Shown: piece after piece, positions 26,723-34,241 of the stretch | How positions within the stretch are numbered: position 1 is the stretch's first letter | How the letters are laid out: each line of letters begins with the position of its first letter | NCBI GenBank assembly: GCA_001778905.1 | Contig: MFIQ01000026.1 | Location: 1 to 42,503, forward strand | DNA: 42,503 bases | Source: Candidatus Giovannonibacteria bacterium RIFCSPLOWO2_12_FULL_44_15 | GTDB taxonomy: Bacteria > Patescibacteriota > Minisyncoccia > JACPKW01 > UBA11713 | Direction: 5' to 3' | Translations under genes and position numbers: made by a program | The notes under the pieces: generated by a model | The model's database searches: none | Told to the model about the DNA's origin: nothing | Seen by the model: the letters and a program-made list of their open reading frames with translations, nothing else

Positions 26723-27322
26723 TTATATTTGCGTCGCCCCGTCCGAAACACTTCTGAAAACTTCTCTGGCCCTAAATAACCTCATTTTCAGCGCGGGGAT
26801 CGTTATATCTTTACGTTTGGATATCTCTTCGTAGGAAAGGCCTTTTAAATAATGCATTTCCAGAAGTTCCCTGAAATCACCCGGCATTTTCTCTAAAATT
26901 TCTTTAACCAATATCTCCGCTTCCAAATTTTCTTCAAATTCTTTCGAGCCCAAAGTTTCATATAAAAACGTGTCGAGATAAGTCATCTCCCCCATTCGCT
27001 TTTTTAGGGTGCGGTATTTCGTGAGTGCGGTGTTGAAAACGATTTTATACCCCCAGCTCTTGAATTTTGAGTTAGGACCTTCCTGGAGCTGATCGGCGTG
27101 CCGGTAGATTTTCAAAAAAGCATCTTGGACCACGTCCTCCGCCTCCTCTTTGGAATTGAGTATCCTTCCAGCGAAGCGTAAAAACGCAGCCTGATATCTC
27201 TCAACTAAAACCCTGAAGAGATCCGGGTACTCGACAGACGCCGCGAGCAATACCTCGTCCGATGTCTCCTTTAAAGCTTCCGGACCACCTTCCATAAGGC
27301 TTTTGTAACGTTTTTTCGCCAT
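26723..27322 (-). CDS. ECF-type RNA polymerase sigma-70 family factor
   Basis: Region 2 'AEDVVQDAFLKIYRH' and region 4 'YLKGLSYEEISKRKDITIPALKMRLFRAREVF'. Confidence 0.85.
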   Translation of the reverse strand: MAKKRYKSLMEGGPEALKETSDEVLLAASVEYPDLFRVLVERYQAAFLRFAGRILNSKEEAEDVVQDAFLKIYRHADQLQEGPNSKFKSWGYKIVFNTALTKYRTLKKRMGEMTYLDTFLYETLGSKEFEENLEAEILVKEILEKMPGDFRELLEMHYLKGLSYEEISKRKDITIPALKMRLFRAREVFRSVSDGATQI

Positions 27323-27329
27323 TGCCTAT

Positions 27330-27358
27330 ACTATACTCAAAAATAGGTTATTATTCAA
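27330..27358 (-). promoter_or_regulatory. Sigma-70-like promoter TTGAAT-17-TATAGT ending 7 nt before the sigma ATG (leaderless candidate)
   Basis: On the minus strand, TTGAAT is at 27358-27353 and TATAGT at 27335-27330, with a 17-nt spacer. ATG is at 27322. No SD. Confidence 0.4.
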
Positions 27359-27472
27359 GGCGATTCTTGGCCGTTACATATATGACAACTCCCAAAAGTG
27401 ACATTTTGTTTCCCCCCGCAGTTTCTATATACATAAGGTCGCATTAAAAGATTTAAGTATTAAGAACACGCG

Positions 27473-27499
27473 AAAATACCCGCCGCAAGCGGGTATTTT
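27473..27499. terminator. Perfect 11-bp hairpin (second of two tandem terminators)
   Basis: AAAATACCCGC-cgcaa-GCGGGTATTTT. Confidence 0.6.
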
Positions 27500-27508
27500 C
27501 TTGCTGAT

Positions 27509-27546
27509 AAAAAAGGACGGCTCCCTGCACTTGAGGGCTACCGTCC
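27509..27546 (-). terminator. Rho-independent terminator of the ClpP-like gene
   Basis: GGACGG..CCCT..AGGG..CCGTCC hairpin (27515-27546), followed on the minus strand by TTTTTT (27514-27509). Confidence 0.6.
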
Positions 27547-27566
27547 AATCGCTTCTTTGGAACACT

Positions 27567-27920
27567 TTATAAGCAGATCTCATCCAGAAAACCCATCTCT
27601 CGAGCGCGCTCTGCATTTAAGGCCCAGATGCCCCAACCCAACGCGGCATCCCTGTATGCAACTCGTGGTCTACATCTCTGAAGTATTGTAAATGCAGCCC
27701 AACGCGCCTTCCCAGTTACTTTTCCAGTTACTGAGACACCGCGGCTCCTAAGTATCTCAATAGCTTCGATAATTTTTTGCCCCACTTCGTCGTCATCCGC
27801 ATCTGCGTCAATAATTAAAGTAACCGGACAAGATGCGTCTGACGCCTCTAAATCCGCTGCTATACGCTCAGCTAGAGCTGCGGTGATTTTGCCGCATAAT
27901 TCAATCTTAAGTTCGCTCAT
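27567..27920 (-). CDS. Short, probably inactive ClpP/SppA-fold-like protein
   Basis: 117 aa with AGGAGGA SD. 'KIELCGKITAALAERIAADL..VTLIIDADAD..GQKIIEAIEIL..VTGKVTGKARWAAFTILQ' follows the ClpP-like layout, but the 'S.GG' and nucleophile Ser positions are not conserved. Confidence 0.4.
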   Translation of the reverse strand: MSELKIELCGKITAALAERIAADLEASDASCPVTLIIDADADDDEVGQKIIEAIEILRSRGVSVTGKVTGKARWAAFTILQRCRPRVAYRDAALGWGIWALNAERAREMGFLDEICL

Positions 27921-27978
27921 TTTATCCTCCTAAAATTTTCATCTACACTTCAAGGATAATCTAGCATAAAATATCTAT

Positions 27979-30009
27979 ATGGCCAAAGATTATCTTTATG
28001 CCTTTGAATTTTATTTAGTTTTTTTGCTGTTCGCGCCGATCGGGCTTATTGCCGCGCGCCCATTCATCCAAAACTTTCGAGCCGCATATACGCTATCTAA
28101 GCTTCTTGGACTGATTCTTTTTGGATATTTTATTTGGCTCTTATCTTCCCTGCACATTTTAGACTTTCAGAATATTGCGTTAATTAGAATACTTTTCGCG
28201 CTTGCCACGGCCGCAAGCATATATTTGTTATGGAACAATTGGCCCAAGGAATGGCAAAATATTTTAAAAGATATCCTAACTATTGAGACTTTTTGGCTTG
28301 TTTTTTATTTCATCTATCTTTGGCTCAGAAGCCATAATGCGGAAATTCACGGCACCGAGCGATTTATGGACATGGCATTTTTCAAGGCTTCGAGCATGAC
28401 TAATTACTTTCCCCCAATTGACCCCTGGCACGCCGGCAATCCTATCAATTACTATTACTACGGCCATTATCTTTTTTCTCTGGTTTCAAATCTTTCCGGA
28501 GTCGCGGCGAATTACGCCTATACTTTCACGCTAGGAATTATTTTTAGCTCTTCTTTGATGCTCTCTTGGGCCTTCGTCCGGCGTTTTACAAATTCAAAAC
28601 TATTTGCATCGCTTGCGGCATTTTTTATAGTCGCCGCAGGAACCGTTGCCTTCGGAATCTGTATAATTGAAACCTCCGGCGCTTGCTCTTATGTAAAATC
28701 AACAAGGCTTTACGAGCCATCGTATATAATCAACGAGATACCTTCCTATAGCTTCACTGTCGGCGATCTTCACGCCCACCTTATAGCCCTTCCCTTTTTC
28801 TTGCTGGCATTATTCTTTTTATACGAACTATTTGGCCGGGAAAAAATCGGGTATGGGTTGATTGGGGTACTTGCGGTTATTCTGGCTTCTCTTGGAATGA
28901 TCAATCCTTGGGATTTCGTTTCTTTAGCGCTGATTGTTTTCTTAATTGCAGTCTTCAAGCTAATCGGGAATAAAGACAGGGACTTCGCCTCAAAGGCGGT
29001 TGCGCTAGGCGTTCTATCCATCGTTTTAATGCTCCCCTTTTTGATGCATTTCGAAAGCGGAGCCGCAGGAATTGAATTCGCTCCTTTCTATGCAACCAGC
29101 CGCAACCTTCTCGGCAGTTATCAATACCCGACTCCCCTTTCCGGATGGCTCGGCATGTGGGGCGGATTTTCCGCACTCCTCGCTCTCTGCTTTTTTATAT
29201 TTCGCAATAAAATTGGCAGTCTAAAAAAATTTCCCGCCCTCCTTGTTTTGGCAGCCGGGTTGCTTTTGATCGGAGTTGAACTTTTTTTCATAAAGGACAT
29301 ATATTCTCTGGCCAATCCTCCGTACTTCAGAGCCAACACGGTTTTTAAATTTGGTTTCCATGCGTGGACACTTCTTTCACTTTCCACAATGATCCTTTCG
29401 GCCGAGGCCTTCCGCCACTATAGATTTAGAAAAACTTGGCTTCTATCCGTATTCATTATGTTCTTCGTTTTTTTTGGTTTTTTCTATCCGGTGCGAGCCA
29501 TCGGCGAATTTTATCTTTCTTCAGTGTCTCCGGAAACGCTCGACGGCTCAATGTTTTTAAAAACTCTGTACCCAGATGATTACGCCGCAATCATTTGGTT
29601 AAACGAGAATGTGCGCGAAAGGAAAGTTGTCGTTGAAGCTGCGGGCGACAGTTACAAAGATTACGGACGAATCAGTGTTTTTTCCGGAATGATTAACCCA
29701 GTCAATTGGCTCACGCACGAATGGGGGTGGCACTTTAAGCCCGAGGGTCCTCCGCCAGCTAATCCAAAAGCTCCTGTCGAATCCGGCTGGGGTAAAATTG
29801 CGGTAATCTCCGGCGATGTCCGGAAAATTTACGAATCAAGCGACATCAAGGAAACCAAAACTCTTTTGAGAAAATATGGGGCGGAATTCGCGTATATCGG
29901 CGATCTCGAAAGAAAAGAATATCCCAATCTTTTAGAGCAAAAATTTTACGAGCTTGGAAAAGTTGTTTTCTCTTCGGGAAATTCGAAATTATTTAAAGTG
30001 AACGACTAA
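27979..30009 (+). CDS. DUF2298 'YYY' polytopic membrane protein (putative glycosyltransferase-like)
   Basis: 676 aa with many TM helices. 'GNPINYYYYGHYLF' is the hallmark of the Chlor_Arch_YYY/DUF2298 family. Confidence 0.7.
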   Translation: MAKDYLYAFEFYLVFLLFAPIGLIAARPFIQNFRAAYTLSKLLGLILFGYFIWLLSSLHILDFQNIALIRILFALATAASIYLLWNNWPKEWQNILKDILTIETFWLVFYFIYLWLRSHNAEIHGTERFMDMAFFKASSMTNYFPPIDPWHAGNPINYYYYGHYLFSLVSNLSGVAANYAYTFTLGIIFSSSLMLSWAFVRRFTNSKLFASLAAFFIVAAGTVAFGICIIETSGACSYVKSTRLYEPSYIINEIPSYSFTVGDLHAHLIALPFFLLALFFLYELFGREKIGYGLIGVLAVILASLGMINPWDFVSLALIVFLIAVFKLIGNKDRDFASKAVALGVLSIVLMLPFLMHFESGAAGIEFAPFYATSRNLLGSYQYPTPLSGWLGMWGGFSALLALCFFIFRNKIGSLKKFPALLVLAAGLLLIGVELFFIKDIYSLANPPYFRANTVFKFGFHAWTLLSLSTMILSAEAFRHYRFRKTWLLSVFIMFFVFFGFFYPVRAIGEFYLSSVSPETLDGSMFLKTLYPDDYAAIIWLNENVRERKVVVEAAGDSYKDYGRISVFSGMINPVNWLTHEWGWHFKPEGPPPANPKAPVESGWGKIAVISGDVRKIYESSDIKETKTLLRKYGAEFAYIGDLERKEYPNLLEQKFYELGKVVFSSGNSKLFKVND

Positions 30010-30095
30010 ACAGTCTTATTAAGTAAAGTATTGTTTTTCGTTCTTTTTTCTCATATAATCCTGTAAACGCTACTTTAAATGGTGGGGGGTTAAAT

Positions 30096-30821
30096 ATGAA
30101 TACGGTAGGGTCTCCGATTGGCACCGGCATGAGCGAGAGCAAAACAGCTCTAGGTAAATTTCTGAGAGAAAAGCGCCTCGGGCTTCACATTTCGCAAGTA
30201 GAAGCTGCAAAACGCGTTGGGATGAAGCAGTCTCGTTACAGTACTTTGGAGCGCGGGATTTTTACACGCGTAAACGGCAAATGGTTTCCAGGTTTAGCGC
30301 ATGCTTTAAAGTGTAGAATCACCGAGCTAAGAGCATTAACGCCAATAAGGAAAGCGCCTCAAACAAAGCGAGGCAATCTAATTCGTTATCTGCGCAAGCG
30401 GCAACATTTAAGCATCGAGGAGTTAGCTCTAATACTTCACATGAAAAGAAGGTATGTCTACGAGCTAGAGACGAGAGGCAATCAGAAAATGAAATCGGAG
30501 ACCGTAGAAAAACTGGCTTCGGCGTTGAATTGCGATGTTTCGATCTTCAAAAATTGCGTCGGCTTAGAAAGGCGCAAAGCCAAGGGAAAATTAGGCAGAC
30601 TTGTTCAGTCGCGCTGTCATTTCCTAAATCTAAACCAAGCGGAGTTAGCAAGGCGCACTGGAAAAACAAGGGCATATATAAGCAAAATTGAATCCGGAGC
30701 TCTGAGTTTACGATTTGCCCATGAAACGCGGCGATTGCTCTCAGGAGCACTCGAGCTCGATCCATCGGTTATCGATGCTGCGGTGAAAAAGAAGAAGCCT
30801 GAGGTTAGTGCGATCCCCTGA
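30096..30821 (+). CDS. Protein with three tandem XRE-type HTH domains
   Basis: 'LREKRLGLHISQVEAAKRVGMKQSRYSTLERG', 'LRKRQHLSIEELALILHMKRRYVYELETRG' and 'VQSRCHFLNLNQAELARRTGKTRAYISKIESG'. Confidence 0.75.
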   Translation: MNTVGSPIGTGMSESKTALGKFLREKRLGLHISQVEAAKRVGMKQSRYSTLERGIFTRVNGKWFPGLAHALKCRITELRALTPIRKAPQTKRGNLIRYLRKRQHLSIEELALILHMKRRYVYELETRGNQKMKSETVEKLASALNCDVSIFKNCVGLERRKAKGKLGRLVQSRCHFLNLNQAELARRTGKTRAYISKIESGALSLRFAHETRRLLSGALELDPSVIDAAVKKKKPEVSAIP

Positions 30822-30876
30822 GAAGCATCGCTAAACAAAGCTCTCCAACTTGGATTAATGGGAGGAAAATATAATT

Positions 30877-30912
30877 GGGGCTCATCGACGACAATTCGAT
30901 GGGCCTCTTTTT
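30877..30912 (+). terminator. Rho-independent terminator
   Basis: GGCTCATCGA (30879-30888) pairs with TCGATGGGCC (30896-30905), followed by TCTTTTT. Confidence 0.65.
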
Positions 30913-31014
30913 ATATCTCAAGAATATATTCTGATTTGTTATAAAAAATATTTTGTGGTGTTATTTTAGCATTTGCGCGAACCTTTTTCTCCCGGATGTT
31001 TTGACGTTCAGGGG

Positions 31015-31085
31015 TGGACCCGGGGAGAATCGAACTCCCGTTTGCCGGATGCAAACCGGCCGTTTTACCACTGAACTACGGGCCC
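31015..31085 (-). tRNA. tRNA-Ala (anticodon UGC)
   Basis: Hand-folded. Acceptor GGGCCCG/CGGGTCC with the G3:U70 Ala identity pair. Anticodon arm GCCGG-TTTGCAT-CCGGC. T arm GGGAG-TTCGATT-CTCCC. Discriminator A; CCA not fully encoded. Confidence 0.9.
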
Positions 31086-31243
31086 ACCTCTGAACGTCAG
31101 AGAAATACCAGACTTTATTAATTATAGAAATGGAATGGTACAAACCGGGCTTCGGTCGCTCCTACACGACCCCGCGGACTTCGTCCGGCTCGTGCTATTA
31201 AACGCACTCGCCCACTAAGCTAATGGCCCAAACGTTATTTAGT

Positions 31244-31283
31244 ATAAACAAAATAGCCGTGCCTGTGAAGGCGCGGCTATTTT
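31244..31283 (-). terminator. Rho-independent terminator of the cupredoxin gene
   Basis: AAATAGCCGTGCC pairs with GGCGCGGCTATTT (31251-31283), with a T-run on the minus strand. Confidence 0.65.
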
Positions 31284-31312
31284 AAAAACTCCTTAAGACG
31301 ACTATCCGATGA

Positions 31313-31750
31313 CTATTCAACAATTATTTTACCGAACTGGGTCGGGTTCAGATGATCGTGCATCGGGCAGGTCTTTACCTCCGTGAAGGTAAATGAATAA
31401 CTTTCCCCCGGATTTATCCCTGGCTTTGCGTCAAATCCCGGACAGGTTGTGTGTTGCGGGTGGGGTCCAGAAGCTGGCCAGCGCTTTTTTGTATCCTTGT
31501 TAATAAACTTAACCGTATCCCCCGCTTTAATTCTCACTTCAGCCGGAGAAAATCCGGAAGCAGTGATATCCACAGTGACTTCTTTTGCCACAATGCTGCT
31601 CGGGGCAGGCGTAGGAGTTGGCGAAGGCGTCGCCGTTGGGGTCCCGCTCGATACGGACTCGGGGGCAGGTGCCTGATTTTGAGCTGAATACAAATACCAT
31701 CCAGCTCCAGCAATAACAATTATCACAACAACAATTCCTAATGTTTTCAT
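31313..31750 (-). CDS. Membrane-anchored/secreted cupredoxin-domain protein
   Basis: N-terminal TM, a Pro/Thr/Ser linker, then 'VTVDITASGFSPAEVRIKAGDTVKFINKD' (cupredoxin strand pattern). 'HPQH' and 'CPMHDH' are candidate metal ligands. Confidence 0.65.
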   Translation of the reverse strand: MKTLGIVVVIIVIAGAGWYLYSAQNQAPAPESVSSGTPTATPSPTPTPAPSSIVAKEVTVDITASGFSPAEVRIKAGDTVKFINKDTKKRWPASGPHPQHTTCPGFDAKPGINPGESYSFTFTEVKTCPMHDHLNPTQFGKIIVE

Positions 31751-31780
31751 ATCATACTAGTATATCGCGCGGACATTATT

Positions 31781-33259
31781 TCATGCAAATCCGGGGAAGT
31801 AATCCGTGACAATATTCAGCCGCGGGGCTCCCATATCCCTAAGTATTTTTTTAAATGCGCTTACCATCGCTTCCGGCCCTGAGATATAAAACACTCTCTC
31901 GGACCAGTCCGGGAGTTTTTCCCTAATCAGTGCCGCATCCATTAATTTTGAGACAACATATTCGGCCTTAAGTCCTATTTTGGCCTCAGCTTCGATAAAC
32001 AGATATCTATACGCTATCTCATTTTCGTCCCTCATAGCGTAGAGAAGTTTTATATCCCGCTTTTCCCCCGAATCAACAAGATACTTAATCATGCTCCGAA
32101 AAGGAGTGACTCCGATCCCTCCGGCGATAAAAGCGAGCTTCCTGTTTTTACCACGGGGAAGTGTAAAATCCCCGGCGAGTTGGCCCGCAAAAACTTTTGC
32201 TCCTTCCTCGAGCTCGAATAGTGTTTTTTTAAAGCTGGAAGGCGGGCTGTTTAATTTTATTCCTAGTCTTATTTCTCTCTCTGTTGGGGAAGAAGCAATT
32301 GTGAAATATCTCCGGACCCCGCGAGCATCCGAGGGGCTATGCGGAAGCGTCCACTCGAGATACTGCCCCGGCGCGAAGAAAAAAGGCCGGTCAGGCGCGA
32401 ATATAAATTCGTAAATATCTTTTGCAATTTTATCTTTGCCTTTGAGTGTAAAAATTATCTTTCTCCTAAACCCGACGAGATACGAAAAAACGTTCCCTGC
32501 GAGCAGCATAAATTCCGGCGTTGGATAAAATGAGCCAATGTGAATCTGTGAGCCGAACAGAATGCCCAATATCGTCCCGTATATAACGCGAGAAGCGCGC
32601 CTGGGCGGAGCCGTAATCGGCTCGGTTAGCATAATTGTCCCGAAAAATAAAAGTGGCCCGGAGAAAAGAGCCATGTATAAAAGCGGTGTTACGGCCGCGC
32701 CGCTGGCAACGCCGAGATAGATAGTGAATCCAAGTCCTCCGGCCAAAAACGGGAAGAGAAGATCAAATCGCCTCAGTTTTTTTACAACCAAAAGTCCAGC
32801 AACCAAAACGAGCAAGAACATGGCTCTGTTTCCAACCCACCACGAAGCGCCCCCGAGGCCCGTAACAAAAATTATTGCGGCAGCAAATGCAGCCGGATTA
32901 AAAATGTGGCGCTTAAAGGGTGCGATAAGATATTTCGACACCATCGCAATAATCCCCGCTAGCGCTAGAATTTTTAAATCAGAAGGGGTTGCTGGCGGCG
33001 TCATAAGCATGAAGAGAATCAGCGCCGTGATGAAGGGCGACTCGACATTTACGGGAGCAGAGAATATCTTCGAAAAAATATAATTGGAAATGAAACATAC
33101 GGCGAGAAGAATTATCGCCGAGAGAAGAAGCCAAATTCCCTCATACGGCAGGGCGCCAACAAATCCTAAAATAATCGCAAGAATCGTTAAAGCGGTGAGC
33201 GCGTATAGCACAAAGCGATATGTCGTTATGGAATTCAAGAAATTGTTTACGAAACCCAT
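31781..33259 (-). CDS. NqrB/RnfD-like polytopic membrane domain fused to an FNR-like FAD/NAD(P)-binding reductase
   Basis: N-terminal half has ~8 TM helices and 'RHIFNPAAFA' (RnfD/NqrB 'FNPA' motif). C-terminal half has 'RRYFTIASSP' (RxY[ST] FAD motif), 'FIAGGIGVTPF' and 'YISGPEAM'. Confidence 0.7.
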   Translation of the reverse strand: MGFVNNFLNSITTYRFVLYALTALTILAIILGFVGALPYEGIWLLLSAIILLAVCFISNYIFSKIFSAPVNVESPFITALILFMLMTPPATPSDLKILALAGIIAMVSKYLIAPFKRHIFNPAAFAAAIIFVTGLGGASWWVGNRAMFLLVLVAGLLVVKKLRRFDLLFPFLAGGLGFTIYLGVASGAAVTPLLYMALFSGPLLFFGTIMLTEPITAPPRRASRVIYGTILGILFGSQIHIGSFYPTPEFMLLAGNVFSYLVGFRRKIIFTLKGKDKIAKDIYEFIFAPDRPFFFAPGQYLEWTLPHSPSDARGVRRYFTIASSPTEREIRLGIKLNSPPSSFKKTLFELEEGAKVFAGQLAGDFTLPRGKNRKLAFIAGGIGVTPFRSMIKYLVDSGEKRDIKLLYAMRDENEIAYRYLFIEAEAKIGLKAEYVVSKLMDAALIREKLPDWSERVFYISGPEAMVSAFKKILRDMGAPRLNIVTDYFPGFA

Positions 33260-34222
33260 TTATTGCAGAAGCGCCAAAGATACCAAGTGATCAAGGAAGT
33301 TTGGGAATGTTAAACCGACCGCCTCAGAGGCCTTAGGCAAAAGCGATTCCGAAGTAAGCCCCGGCAAAGTATTTGTCTCTAAAATATAAATTCCTCGAGG
33401 GGAAATAATGAAGTCTGAGCGCGAATAGTGGCGGAGGCCCAAAGCTTCGTGTGCAATAACGGCCATATTCTGAATTTCCTCGGAAATTTTGCTCTCAAAA
33501 TGCGCCGGGCAAATCTCCTTGGTCTCGCCGCTATATTTAACTTTGTAATTAAAAAAGTTGCCTTCCGGGGGGATTATTTCGATCACGGGCAGCGCATAAT
33601 ATTTTTTTCCTCGAAAATTTTCAAGAACTCCGGCAGTCGCCTCTTTCCCAGCAATAAATTCTTCTGCAAGAGCTTCATCATCATATGAAAAAGCTTTTTC
33701 AAGCGCGGATGGGATATCCGAGACGACCTTCGCAATGGCAACGCCGACTGAAGACCCACGCCCCGCGGGTTTAATAATCCATGGCGGAAAAAGAGTTTCA
33801 TTTATATCGCGAACAGAATCTTTTATATTTGCGGATTTTTTTACAGTAAGCCCTCTAGGCGTTTTTAATCCGGCATTTTTATAAATATCTTTAGCAAGAT
33901 ATTTTTTCATTGAAATAGCGGACGAAAGAATACCGGATCCGGTATATGGAATTTTATGCCCCTCTAAAATCTGTTGCACTTGCCCGTCCTCGCCGTATTC
34001 GCCGTGAAGGGCGTTAAAAACCGCATCCACCTTTCGGAATATCTTGGCCGGCTCCATAGGAAAGCCGTCCATATGCCATGCACCATCTTTGGAAATTAAA
34101 ACATCGTGTGCTTGGTATTTATCTTTTGGCAGAAATTTCAAAACGCTCTCCCCAGTCAGGAGGGATATTTCATACTCCGCGGAGGGACCGCCGCGCAAAA
34201 TCGCCACTCTAATTTTCGCCAT
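33260..34222 (-). CDS. ddl: D-alanine--D-alanine ligase
   Basis: 'RVAILRGGPSAEYEISL', 'HGEYGEDG' and ATP-grasp 'GRGSSVGV', 'LETNTLPG'. Confidence 0.95.
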   Translation of the reverse strand: MAKIRVAILRGGPSAEYEISLLTGESVLKFLPKDKYQAHDVLISKDGAWHMDGFPMEPAKIFRKVDAVFNALHGEYGEDGQVQQILEGHKIPYTGSGILSSAISMKKYLAKDIYKNAGLKTPRGLTVKKSANIKDSVRDINETLFPPWIIKPAGRGSSVGVAIAKVVSDIPSALEKAFSYDDEALAEEFIAGKEATAGVLENFRGKKYYALPVIEIIPPEGNFFNYKVKYSGETKEICPAHFESKISEEIQNMAVIAHEALGLRHYSRSDFIISPRGIYILETNTLPGLTSESLLPKASEAVGLTFPNFLDHLVSLALLQ

Positions 34223-34241
34223 TTAGATATTATAGCGTTAT

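Noticed and set aside
30961-31143. 60-aa minus-strand ORF.
   Set aside because: It overlaps tRNA-Ala completely. It is a translation of a structural RNA gene.
31144-31229. Reading the GC-rich block as a long-variable-arm tRNA, tRNA-Sec, SRP RNA or RNase P fragment.
   Set aside because: There is no T-loop (GTTCRA). The anticodon stem-loop is only 4 bp with an 8-nt loop. The acceptor ends do not pair. The conserved SRP 'GGAA..AGCA' motifs and the RNase P 'GAGGAAAGTCC' motif are absent. I kept it only as an unclassified structured element.
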